64,000 nt of DNA from Polyangiales bacterium (GTDB lineage Bacteria > Myxococcota_A > Polyangia > Polyangiales > JADJQN01): the NCBI GenBank assembly GCA_964202905.1, contig CAXNJO010000003.1, positions 640,001 to 704,000 of the forward strand. The letters are read 5' to 3'. Below the pieces are notes generated by a model. The model was not told the origin of the DNA, made no database searches, and worked only from the letters and a program-made list of their open reading frames with translations. Positions 1-8,986 of the stretch are shown one piece after another. A program made the position numbers and the translations under genes. Every line of letters starts with the position of its first letter. Within the stretch, counting starts at the first letter, position 1.

Positions 1-1
1 G

Positions 2-433
2 CGCTACCTCGCGCCCACGATCCTCACGAAGGTGAAGCTCGACGGCGCCCTCATGCGCGACGAGATCTTCGGCCCGATTCTGCCCGTGATCCCCGTCGAC
101 GGCGTCGACGAGGCGATTCGCTTCGTCCGCGCCCGCGAGAAGCCGCTCGCGCTCTACGTGTACTCACGCCGCCGCGCGACGGTCGACGATGTGCTCGCGC
201 AGACGAGCTCCGGCGGCGTCTGCATCAACGACTGCCTCATACACCTCGGCGTGCACGAGTTGCCCTTCGGCGGCGTCGGCCCGAGCGGCATGGGCGCCTA
301 CCACGGCAAGGCGGGATTCGAGTGTTTCAGCCACCGCAAAGCGGTGCTCGATCGCCCGACCTTCGTCGATCCGGTGCTGCGCTACCCGCCCTACAGCGCC
401 GACCGCGAGCGCTGGGCGCGCCGCGTGCTCTGA
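2..433 (+). CDS. Aldehyde dehydrogenase (ALDH3/coniferyl-aldehyde DH-like), C-terminal part; gene begins before the window
   Basis: Frame is open from base 2 (RYLAPTIL...). Motifs DEIFGPILP, KPLALY, PFGGVGPSGMGAYHG and terminal RYPPY are typical of family-3 ALDHs. Confidence 0.9.
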   Translation, partial: RYLAPTILTKVKLDGALMRDEIFGPILPVIPVDGVDEAIRFVRAREKPLALYVYSRRRATVDDVLAQTSSGGVCINDCLIHLGVHELPFGGVGPSGMGAYHGKAGFECFSHRKAVLDRPTFVDPVLRYPPYSADRERWARRVL

Positions 434-446
434 CGCGCGAATCCGC

Positions 447-1349
447 TCACTCGACGATCAGCGTCGCGAGCGAGGAGGCGTCGAATCCCGTGCGCGCGGA
501 GGTGCCGGCCACGCACTCAAATTCCCAGGTCTCCGCGGGATTGATGATGTAGACGCCGCGCGCGGAAGGCGCCGTGAACGACGTGCTTCTGTCGAAGGTG
601 GCATCGCTGGTGGTCGAGCCGAGACAGAGCGTGAAGACCCCGTTCATCCGCGCATAGAACTGCGTGATGCACGTGGGGCAGTTCGTGTTCGTATCCGTCC
701 AGGACCCCGCGACGCGCAGGCTCACCACGGCCCCCGGCGCGACCGTCGCGACGGTGCGGCCGGTGCCGTTCAAATCAACGAGATCGAAGCGCGCATTGCG
801 CCCGCGCGCGCTGTACGTGATTGGCGTCGCGGGCACGCACGCAACCGCAGCGCCCGTATCCGGCGCGCAGACGGCGCTCGTCCCCGCACACGACTCCGCC
901 ACATCGCACGCCCCGACCGCGCTGCGACACACCGCTCCCGCAGCGACGAACGCATCCGGCGGACATTCGCGGCTCGCCCCATCGCACGACTCCGCGACGT
1001 CGCATTCCCCCACCCCCGCACGGCACGGCGTCGCGGCGGGCGCGGGCACTTCGATGCAACGCCCCGCATCGCAGCGTGACATCCCACAAGGGCCGGGGGC
1101 GTTAGGGCAATCCGCGTCGAGCACGCACTCGGGGGGCGGTCCCGCATCGCGCCCGGCATCCGGCGAATCCCCCGCATCCCGCGCATCGCCTGCGTCCCGC
1201 CCCGCATCACGCGGCTCGCCCGCGTCGCGACCTCCGTCGACGCGCGGTGTCCCGCCGTCGACCATCGGAGCGACCTCGTTCTGCATCAGCCCCGCGCGTT
1301 CGAGCGAGCAGGCAGCGAACACCAGCAGCCACGCATACCGTAGACGCAT
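447..1349 (-). CDS. Cys-rich secreted lipoprotein with two disintegrin-like repeats and a DAG-repeat linker
   Basis: Start reassigned to ATG 1349 (MRLRYAWLLVFAAC = signal peptide plus lipobox). RDAG repeats follow, then CRAGVGECDVAESCDG..CPPD and CRSAVGACDVAESCAG..CAPD. Confidence 0.7.
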   Translation of the reverse strand: MRLRYAWLLVFAACSLERAGLMQNEVAPMVDGGTPRVDGGRDAGEPRDAGRDAGDARDAGDSPDAGRDAGPPPECVLDADCPNAPGPCGMSRCDAGRCIEVPAPAATPCRAGVGECDVAESCDGASRECPPDAFVAAGAVCRSAVGACDVAESCAGTSAVCAPDTGAAVACVPATPITYSARGRNARFDLVDLNGTGRTVATVAPGAVVSLRVAGSWTDTNTNCPTCITQFYARMNGVFTLCLGSTTSDATFDRSTSFTAPSARGVYIINPAETWEFECVAGTSARTGFDASSLATLIVE

Positions 1350-1423
1350 GCCCGCGAGGCTACCGGATTTTCGCGGGAAAGAGGCGGGGTTTCTGCGCGA
1401 ACCCCACCTGCACGCGGACCGCA

Positions 1424-3430
1424 TCAGAGCGAGAGATACGTCTGATCCTTCAAGCCGCGCTCGTAGTCGGCGAGCAGGCGCATGCCCTCGGTGGGCTTGA
1501 GGCGGTCCTGCTTGATCGCCTGATCGACCTGCGCCTTCACCCGCGCCGCGAGGTCGCGCGCGTCGTACTGCGTCATCTGGAGCACGTCACCGACGGTGTT
1601 CCCCGCGATCGTCTCTTCGATGTAATAGCCACACTCCTCGTCGTCATCGAGGAAGACGTGAACTTCGTTCACGCGGCCGAAGAGGTTGTGCAGGTCGCCC
1701 ATGATGTCCTGATAGGCGCCCGTCAGGAAGATGCCGAGATAATAGGGCTGCCCCTCGACGACCTGGTGCAGCTGCAGGGTGTCGCGTGTGTCGTTGAGAT
1801 CGATGAACTTCGACACCTTGCCGTCCGAGTCGCAGGTGATGTCCACGAGCGTCGAGGCCTGCGTGGGGCGCTCGTTCAGGCGGTGAATCGGCACGATCGG
1901 GAACATCGCGCCGAGCGCCCAGTGATCGAGCAGCGACTGGAAGACGGAGAAGTTGCAGATGTATTGATCGGCGAGCTGCTTCTTCAGATCGTCGAAGCCA
2001 TCGGGCACCTCGGAGGGCTCGAGCCGGCTCGCCATGTCGAAGATGCGCTCGGCGATCTCCCAGAAGAGCTCTTCGACGCGCGCCTTCACCGGCAGCTCGA
2101 GAATCCCGAACTCGAAAGAGGTCTGCGACTGCTCCTTCGCCTCGAGGATGTCGTGCCAGCTCTCGCCGAGGTTGGTCGGCGAGAGATGCTCGAGCGTGTA
2201 GGTCATCGACTTGACGAGCTTGTGATCGTCGGCGCCGAGCTCGTACTTCGTGTCGGGCGTCTTCTCGATGGCGCCGAAGGCCTCGACGACGAGCACGCTG
2301 TGGTGCGCGACGATCGCGCGGCCGGACTCGCTGAGGATGTGCGGGTGCGGGATGCGCTCTTCATCGCAGACGTCGGCGATGTTGTGCACGACGTCGCGCG
2401 CGTACTCCTCGACGCTGTAGTTCATCGAGGAGTGGTAGGTGCTGCGCGAGCCGTCGTAGTCGATCGCGAGGCCGCCGCCGACGTCGAGGTACTCGACCGG
2501 GTAGCCTGCGCGGCGGAGCTTTGCGTAGTGGCGCGCGGCCTCGCGCACGGCGCGCTTGAGGATGAGGATGTCGGGGACCTGAGAGCCGATGTGGAAGTGG
2601 ATGAGCTTGAAGGAGGCGAGCATGCCCGCCTCCTTCATGATCTCGGCGGCCTGCAGGATCTCCGTCGTCGAGAGGCCGAACTTCGCGCTCTCGCCGCCGG
2701 ACTCGGCCCACTTGCCCGCGCCGCGCGTCATGAGGCGAACGCGGAGGCCGATCATCGGCTCGACGTTCATCTCCTTGCCGAGGCGGCAGATCGCGCGGAC
2801 CTCGCTGAGCTTCTCCGCGATGAGCACGACCTTCTTGCCGAGCTTGCGGCCGAGGAGCGCGGTGCGGATGTACGCGTCGTCCTTGTAGCCGTTGCAGACG
2901 ATCAACGACTCGTTGTCGGTGTGCACGGCGAGCGCCGCGAAGATCTCGGGCTTGCTGCCAACCTCGACGCCGTAATGGAACTTGAGGCCCGCATCGAGGA
3001 TCTCCTCGACGACCTCGCGCAGCTGGTTGACCTTGATTGGGAAGACGCCGCGGTACGTGCCGCGGTAGCGCTCCTCCGCGATCGCTGCGTTGAACGCGTC
3101 GTTCAGCGTGCGCACGCGATGATGGAGGATGTCCTGGAAGCGCAGGAGCATCGGGGTGCGGAGACCCTCTTCCTTGATGGCGGCCTGCACGACGTCGTAG
3201 ATCGAGATCTTGCGGCCGCGCTCCTTGAGCGGTGCCACCTGCATCGCGCCGTCCGCGCCGGCCAAGAAGTAGCCGGAGCCCCAGCGGTCGATCAGGTAGA
3301 GCTCGTTCGCGTCGTCGATCGTCCACGGCTCGACGGGCGCAGCGGACGCAGAGGTGGGAGCGGAGGTGGCGTCGGGAGACACGGCTCCGGCGGCGGCTTG
3401 ATTCGGCACGATCTGGCTCGGTGCTTCCAC
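1424..3430 (-). CDS. speA: Biosynthetic arginine decarboxylase
   Basis: PLP-lysine motif FPIKVNQ, plus EVGSKPE, KFGL, HFHIGSQ, LDVGGGL, ESGRA, DITCDSDG and GAYQDIMGDLHNLFG; 668 aa. Confidence 0.96.
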   Translation of the reverse strand: MEAPSQIVPNQAAAGAVSPDATSAPTSASAAPVEPWTIDDANELYLIDRWGSGYFLAGADGAMQVAPLKERGRKISIYDVVQAAIKEEGLRTPMLLRFQDILHHRVRTLNDAFNAAIAEERYRGTYRGVFPIKVNQLREVVEEILDAGLKFHYGVEVGSKPEIFAALAVHTDNESLIVCNGYKDDAYIRTALLGRKLGKKVVLIAEKLSEVRAICRLGKEMNVEPMIGLRVRLMTRGAGKWAESGGESAKFGLSTTEILQAAEIMKEAGMLASFKLIHFHIGSQVPDILILKRAVREAARHYAKLRRAGYPVEYLDVGGGLAIDYDGSRSTYHSSMNYSVEEYARDVVHNIADVCDEERIPHPHILSESGRAIVAHHSVLVVEAFGAIEKTPDTKYELGADDHKLVKSMTYTLEHLSPTNLGESWHDILEAKEQSQTSFEFGILELPVKARVEELFWEIAERIFDMASRLEPSEVPDGFDDLKKQLADQYICNFSVFQSLLDHWALGAMFPIVPIHRLNERPTQASTLVDITCDSDGKVSKFIDLNDTRDTLQLHQVVEGQPYYLGIFLTGAYQDIMGDLHNLFGRVNEVHVFLDDDEECGYYIEETIAGNTVGDVLQMTQYDARDLAARVKAQVDQAIKQDRLKPTEGMRLLADYERGLKDQTYLSL

Positions 3431-3538
3431 GACGGTCTCCGGGACGCTGCGCGTACGTGCGCGGGTCGGCGCGATTATGCGGGAAGCGCCGCGGCGTTCA
3501 ACGGCGATCCACGCCCGAGAAACGCGCGGGGCAAAGTG

Positions 3539-5143
3539 TCACGAGCTGCACGAGAGCATCGAGCAACCCACGCGGTGCCGCGCCCACTCGGGGCGCTTCG
3601 CGGCGAAGCGCTCGCAGCCGGGCTGGTCGTCGTAGGGGCGGCGCAGCACCTCGAGCAGCGCGTGCAATTCCGTCGCATCGCCGCGCTCGGCGCCGTCGAT
3701 CGCGCCCTGCGCGAGCCAGTTCCGCAGCACGTAGCGGGGGTTCACGGCGTTCATGCGCGCGCGGCGCACGGCGTCCGGCGTGCCGTCGCGCGCGACCCGC
3801 GCGGCATACGTGCGGAGCCAGCCGGCGAGCCGTGCGCGGTACGCCTCATCGAGCTCGGCGGGCGCGTACCAGGCCTCGGCGAGCGGCGCGCAGAGGGCGG
3901 CATCGTCGAGCGCCGCCGCCTGCGTGACCGGCACGTCCGCGAGCCCGCGGAAGAAGATCGTCATGTCCGTCTCGGTCGCGCCGAGGAGCGCGAAGAGCGA
4001 CTCGACGAGCGCGACGTCGCCGCTCGCCGGATCCGTGTCGAACGCCGCGAGGCCGAGCTTCGACGCCAGCATCGCGGGCTCTTGCTGCGCGAGCGTGTCG
4101 CGGAACGCGCCGAGCGCGCGCTCGACCGGGGCCGTGTCCGCGAAGAGCGGTATGAGCGCCTGCGCGAGCTGCACGAGGTTCCACCACGCGATCTGCGGCT
4201 GATGCCCGTAGCGGTAGCGACGGCCCGAGGCGTCGGTGGTGTTCGGCGTCCAGTCGGGGTCGTAGCCCTCGAGCCAGCCGTAGGGGCCGTAATCGATCGT
4301 GAGCCCGAGGATCGACATGTTGTCGGTGTTCATCACGCCGTGGACGAAGCCCACGCGCATCCAATGAACCACGAGGTGCGCGGTGCGCCGCGCGATCTCG
4401 GCGAGCCACGCCTCGCGCACCTCCGCATCGATGCCCTTCGGGCCGATCAGCGCCGGGAAATGCTGGCGAATCGTGTAATCGACGAAGACCCCGAGCAGCG
4501 CGTGATCGCGCCGCGACGCGGGCAGCTGGAAGTGCCCGAAGCGCAGGAAGCTCGGCGCGACGCGGCACACGATCGCGCCCGGCTCGGGCCGCGCGTCGCC
4601 GCTGTAGAGCACGTCGCGCACGACCGCGTCGCCCGTCGCGACGAGCGAGAGCGCGCGCGTGGTGGGCACGCCGAGGTGCGCCATCGCCTCGCTGCACAGG
4701 AACTCGCGCACCGAGCTGCGCATCACCGCGCGGCCATCCGCGCCGCGCGAGTAGGGCGTGGGCCCTGCGCCCTTCAGTTGCAACTCGTATGCGACACCAT
4801 CGGGCGCGACGAGCTCGCCGAGCGTGATCGCGCGGCCGTCGCCGAGCTGGCCCGCCCAGTTGCCGAACTGGTGTCCGCCGTAAGCCGTCGCGTACGGCAC
4901 CATCCCGGGCAGCAAACCGTTGCCGGACAGCGCGGCCACCCACTCGGGGCGGCCGAGCGACGCGGGGTCGAGGCCGAGCATCGCGGCGACCTCCGGGCTC
5001 GCGGCGAGCAGGGTCGGGGCCGAGACGGGCGTCGGGGTCACGCGCGTGTAGGCGGCGCCGAGCACCTGACGCCGGCGATTCGAGGTGTCGGGATCCGCGG
5101 GGAGGGAATCGACGAGGGTCTGGGCGAAGCGCGGTGACGTCAT
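3539..5143 (-). CDS. selO: Protein adenylyltransferase SelO/YdiU
   Basis: [53 protein letters not shown] and C-terminal CSS. Start placed at ATG 5143 (MTSPRF). Confidence 0.95.
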   Translation of the reverse strand: MTSPRFAQTLVDSLPADPDTSNRRRQVLGAAYTRVTPTPVSAPTLLAASPEVAAMLGLDPASLGRPEWVAALSGNGLLPGMVPYATAYGGHQFGNWAGQLGDGRAITLGELVAPDGVAYELQLKGAGPTPYSRGADGRAVMRSSVREFLCSEAMAHLGVPTTRALSLVATGDAVVRDVLYSGDARPEPGAIVCRVAPSFLRFGHFQLPASRRDHALLGVFVDYTIRQHFPALIGPKGIDAEVREAWLAEIARRTAHLVVHWMRVGFVHGVMNTDNMSILGLTIDYGPYGWLEGYDPDWTPNTTDASGRRYRYGHQPQIAWWNLVQLAQALIPLFADTAPVERALGAFRDTLAQQEPAMLASKLGLAAFDTDPASGDVALVESLFALLGATETDMTIFFRGLADVPVTQAAALDDAALCAPLAEAWYAPAELDEAYRARLAGWLRTYAARVARDGTPDAVRRARMNAVNPRYVLRNWLAQGAIDGAERGDATELHALLEVLRRPYDDQPGCERFAAKRPEWARHRVGCSMLSCSS

Positions 5144-5269
5144 GGCCCGCGGGACATGGGGCGCGACCCGCGCGCCGTCGAGCGGGGCGCGCGCGGAGCC
5201 GGCGGCACGCGAGGCAGCGGCGGCGCGGGTGATCGGTGGCATCCTCCGCAGCGAGGAGCACGAGCGAGC

Positions 5270-6719
5270 GTGACCGAACACTTCGACGTCCTGATCATCG
5301 GCGCGGGCCTCTCCGGCATCGGCGCGGCCGTCCACCTGAAGCGCGGAGTCCCCCACAAAACGCTTGGCGATCCTCGAGGCGCGCGAGGCGATCGGGGGCA
5401 CGTGGGACCTCTTCCGCTACCCGGGCATCCGCTCGGACTCCGACATGTTCACGCTCGGCTACGCGTTCAAACCGTGGGAGGAACAGAAGGCGATCGCCGA
5501 TGGCGCGTCGATCCTCACGTACATCCGCGACACGGCGCGCGAGCACGGCATCGAGCGGCACATCCGTTTCGGGCACCGCGTGAAGAGCGCCTCGTGGTCG
5601 AGCGCCGACGCCCGCTGGACGGTCGAGATCGAGCGCACGGGTACGGGCGAGACACAGCAACTCACTTGCGGTTTCCTCTACGGCTGCACCGGCTACTACG
5701 ACTACGACGCCGGTTATACGCCCGATTTCCCGGGCATTTCCCGCTATCGCGGCCGGCTCGTGCACCCGCAGAAGTGGACGCCCGACGTCGACTACACCGA
5801 CAAGCGCGTCGTCGTGATCGGCAGCGGCGCGACGGCCGTGACGCTCGTCCCCGAGCTCGCCAAGAAGGCCGCGCACGTGACGATGTTGCAGCGCTCGCCG
5901 ACCTACATCCTCTCGCGCCCGGCCGAGGATCCCATCGCGAACGCGCTCCGCAAGCGGCTCCCCGCGCAGGTCGCGTATGGGATCACGCGCTGGAAGAACG
6001 TCGCGATGTCGGCGTTCCTCTACGAGTTCGCGCAGCGCCGGCCGGCGCGGGCGAAGGGCTGGCTGCTCGAGCAGGTGCAGAAGGCGCTCGGCCCCGACTA
6101 CGACATCAGCCGTCACTTCACGCCGCGCTACGACCCGTGGGATCAGCGCCTCTGTCTCGTGCCCGATGCGGACCTCTTCGAGGCGCTGCGCACGGGCGCG
6201 GCGTCGGTCGTCACCGACACCATCGACACCTTCACGGAAGAGGGTATCCGCCTCACGTCGGGCGAGGAATTGAAGGCGGATCTGGTCGTCACCGCGACGG
6301 GCCTCGTGCTCAAGTTCGCGGGCGGCATGACGCTGAACGTCGATGGCCGCGCGATCGCCTCGCAGGACCTCATCAACTACAAGGGCGCGATGTTCGCGGA
6401 TGTGCCGAACTTCGCGAGCGCCTTCGGCTACACGAACGCCTCGTGGACGCTCAAGGCCGACCTCACGAGCGCGTACGTGGTGCGCCTGCTCCGCCGCATG
6501 GACGAGGTCGGCGCGCGCAAGTGCACGCCGCGCCTGAACGACCCCGAGGTGCAGCCGAGCGAGTTCATCGGCCTCGCCTCGGGCTACATCGAACGCGCGC
6601 GCTCGTTTCTGCCGAAGCAGGGCTCGAAGCGCCCTTGGCGGCTCTACCAGAGCTACCCGCTCGACATCTTCCTGCTGCGCCTGAGCAAGCTGGAGGACGG
6701 CTCGCTCGAACTGGTCTGA
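5270..6719 (+). pseudogene. EthA-like FAD-dependent Baeyer-Villiger monooxygenase, +1 frameshift near 5345 as sequenced (probably a sequencing error)
   Basis: GTG 5270 gives [17 protein letters not shown] (FAD Rossmann motif) in one frame. [31 protein letters not shown] and LQRSPTY follow in the next frame. Confidence 0.85.
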
Positions 6720-6825
6720 CGAGCCGGTCTGAGCGCGGCGCGATTGCCCACGTTCGCGCACGGACTGTTCGCAGACACACAGCGCGCGCTCGCACCGCGG
6801 CACGCCGCGCAGTAGCGTCGCGGCC

Positions 6826-8064
6826 ATGCACGTCGACTTTCATTTCGATTACTCCTGCCCCTACGCGTATCTCGCCGCGACGCGCATCGAAGCCATCGCG
6901 AAGGAGGCGGACGCGACCCTCGCGTGGAAGCCGATGCTGCTCGGCGGCGTCTTCGCGGCCGTCGGCACGCCGCAGCGCCTCTTCGCGACGCACTCCCCCG
7001 CGAAGGCACGGCACGGCGCCGACGATCTACGCCGCTGGGCGGAGCGCTTCGAGGTGCCGCTGCGCATGCCCTCGGAGCACCCGTTCCGCACCGTCGAGGC
7101 GCTGCGGGCGACGCTGCTCGCGGGCTGTGATCCGCGCGTGATCCACGGCTTTTTCCGCGCGTACTGGGTCGACAACGCGGCGATCTCCTCGGAGCTGGTG
7201 CTGCGCCGCGTGCTCACCGACGCGGGCCACGACGCCGACGCGATCCTCGCGCGGCTCGGCGACGCTGACGTGAAGCAGGATCTGCGCGACCGCACCGACG
7301 CCGCGATCGCGCTCGGCATCTTTGGCGCGCCCGCGATGATCGTCGACGGGGAGCTCGAGTGGGGGCAGGACCGCCTCGACGTCGTCGCACGGCGGCTCTC
7401 GGGTGCCCCGCTCACGCCGGGCTGGGGCGTGCGCGACGCGACACCCAGCACCATCACGAAAGAGGGTGACGAACGGCGCACGCTCGAGGTGTGGTTCGAT
7501 TTCTCTTCGCCGTGGGCGTACCTCGGCACGACCCAGATCGACGCGCTCGCGGCGCGCACCGGCGCGCGCGTGGTCTGGCGCCCGCTGCTGCTCGGCGGGC
7601 TCTTCAAGTCGCTCGGCCAGAGCGACGCGCCGCTGCTGGCGATGAGCCCCGTCAAGCAGCGCTGGATGCACACGGAGCTCGCGCGCTGGGCGACGCGCTG
7701 GGGCGTGCCGTACCGCTTCCCGTCGCGCTTCCCCCTGCGCACGGTCGAGCTGCTCCGCGTGTGGTTCGCGCTGCCCGAGGCGCGCCGCCGCGACTTCGTC
7801 GCGCGCGCGATGACGGCCGTGTGGGGCGACGACGCCGACATCGCCGACCCGGCCGTGCTCGCCGCGCTGATCGGTGACGATCACGCGGCGATCCGCGCGC
7901 GCGCCGCGAGCGACGAGGTGAAGGCGCAGCTGCGCGAGGCGACGGAGGCCGCGCAGGCCGCGGGCGTGTTCGGCGTGCCGACCTTCGTCGTCGACGGCGA
8001 CGAACTCTTCTGGGGGCAGGACCGCCTGGATCGGGTCGAGGACGCGCTGCTGCGCCGACGCTGA
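6826..8064 (+). CDS. Tandem two-domain 2-hydroxychromene-2-carboxylate isomerase / kappa-GST (DsbA family) protein
   Basis: Two copies of the pattern FDxSxPxAY...WxPxLLGG...GxFGxPxxxVDG..WGQDRLD. Confidence 0.85.
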   Translation: MHVDFHFDYSCPYAYLAATRIEAIAKEADATLAWKPMLLGGVFAAVGTPQRLFATHSPAKARHGADDLRRWAERFEVPLRMPSEHPFRTVEALRATLLAGCDPRVIHGFFRAYWVDNAAISSELVLRRVLTDAGHDADAILARLGDADVKQDLRDRTDAAIALGIFGAPAMIVDGELEWGQDRLDVVARRLSGAPLTPGWGVRDATPSTITKEGDERRTLEVWFDFSSPWAYLGTTQIDALAARTGARVVWRPLLLGGLFKSLGQSDAPLLAMSPVKQRWMHTELARWATRWGVPYRFPSRFPLRTVELLRVWFALPEARRRDFVARAMTAVWGDDADIADPAVLAALIGDDHAAIRARAASDEVKAQLREATEAAQAAGVFGVPTFVVDGDELFWGQDRLDRVEDALLRRR

Positions 8065-8122
8065 TTCGCAGGCGCGTTACAACTGCAACACGGGATACAG
8101 TTGCAACGGATTTACGATGATC

Positions 8123-8986
8123 TCAGCGCAGCGACGCGTTCGCAAAGCGCGCGGCGAAGGCGCGATGCGGCGCGAGCTTCGCGTCCGTGTGCTTGCCGCC
8201 GTGCAGCTGCGAGGGCCGGTACCCGCTCGCGATGCGCTCGACGATCGCCGCGCGGCCCTCGACGCGGAAGCGCACGCGCCAATCGTGCACGCTGAGCAGG
8301 CGGGCGCCATCCGGGAGCTCGCGGATGCGTCGGTAGGCGTGCGGGCGCGGGCCGAGCGCGAGCTGCTTGTCGACGCTCGGCGCGAGCACGACGCCTTGTT
8401 CCTCGGCGAGCCACACGGCCTGGGAGGCGGCGAGCGGCTCCCAGCGCACCTCCCACGCCGGGTCCGGATCGACGCCGATCCAGCCCGTCGTCGCGCCCTG
8501 CACGACATCCGCGAAGGGCACGTAGGGCTTCACGTCGAGCACGGGCGTCCCGTCGACGACGTCGACACCGCGCACGTGCAGCACGCGCCCCTCGACGCGC
8601 TCGAGCAGGAGCGGCGAGAGGCCGATCGGGTTCGGCCGATGCGGCGAGCGCGTGGCAAAAACCCCGCGTTTCTCGTCGGAGCGCGGCGGCAGCACCTTGG
8701 GCCGCCAGCCGTCGTTGAGGTGGAACCAATAGAGCACCCAGACGTGCGACCAGCGCTCGAGGTCCGCGACGGCGTCCTCGAAACCGCGCCCCGCGAAGAG
8801 CTCGATCGTGCCAGGCGCGTCGCCCGCGACGTAGGGCTGACGCGGCGCGCTCACCCGGTCGCCGAACGGCGAGCGCAGCACGCCGATCGGGCGCACCACG
8901 AAGGACGCGTCCTCGGGCGACGCGGGGGTCGCGAGGGCGCGCGCCTCCCCGCGGGGAGAAGGCGCGCGCTCGTCGTCGTCACTCAC
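8123..8986 (-). CDS. tsaA: tRNA (N6-threonylcarbamoyladenosine37) methyltransferase TrmO/TsaA
   Basis: PIG, HVWVLYWFH, GVFATRSPHRPNPIGLS and DVVDGTPVLDVKPY motifs. The start overlaps the upstream gene's stop. Confidence 0.92.
   Translation of the reverse strand: MSDDDERAPSPRGEARALATPASPEDASFVVRPIGVLRSPFGDRVSAPRQPYVAGDAPGTIELFAGRGFEDAVADLERWSHVWVLYWFHLNDGWRPKVLPPRSDEKRGVFATRSPHRPNPIGLSPLLLERVEGRVLHVRGVDVVDGTPVLDVKPYVPFADVVQGATTGWIGVDPDPAWEVRWEPLAASQAVWLAEEQGVVLAPSVDKQLALGPRPHAYRRIRELPDGARLLSVHDWRVRFRVEGRAAIVERIASGYRPSQLHGGKHTDAKLAPHRAFAARFANASLR

Noticed and set aside
3539..3565. Possible selenocysteine read-through at the selO TGA
   Set aside because: The protein already ends in the family's terminal CSS, with Cys at the position where Sec occurs in eukaryotic SelO, so TGA is a normal stop.
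1247..5137. 1296-aa plus-strand ORF (and similar long ORFs such as 9006-11957, 12015-14390, 30072-32846, 46052-48883, 60322-62742)
   Set aside because: These are antisense or off-frame shadows of well-supported genes. Stop codons are rare at this GC content and the translations have no recognisable motifs.
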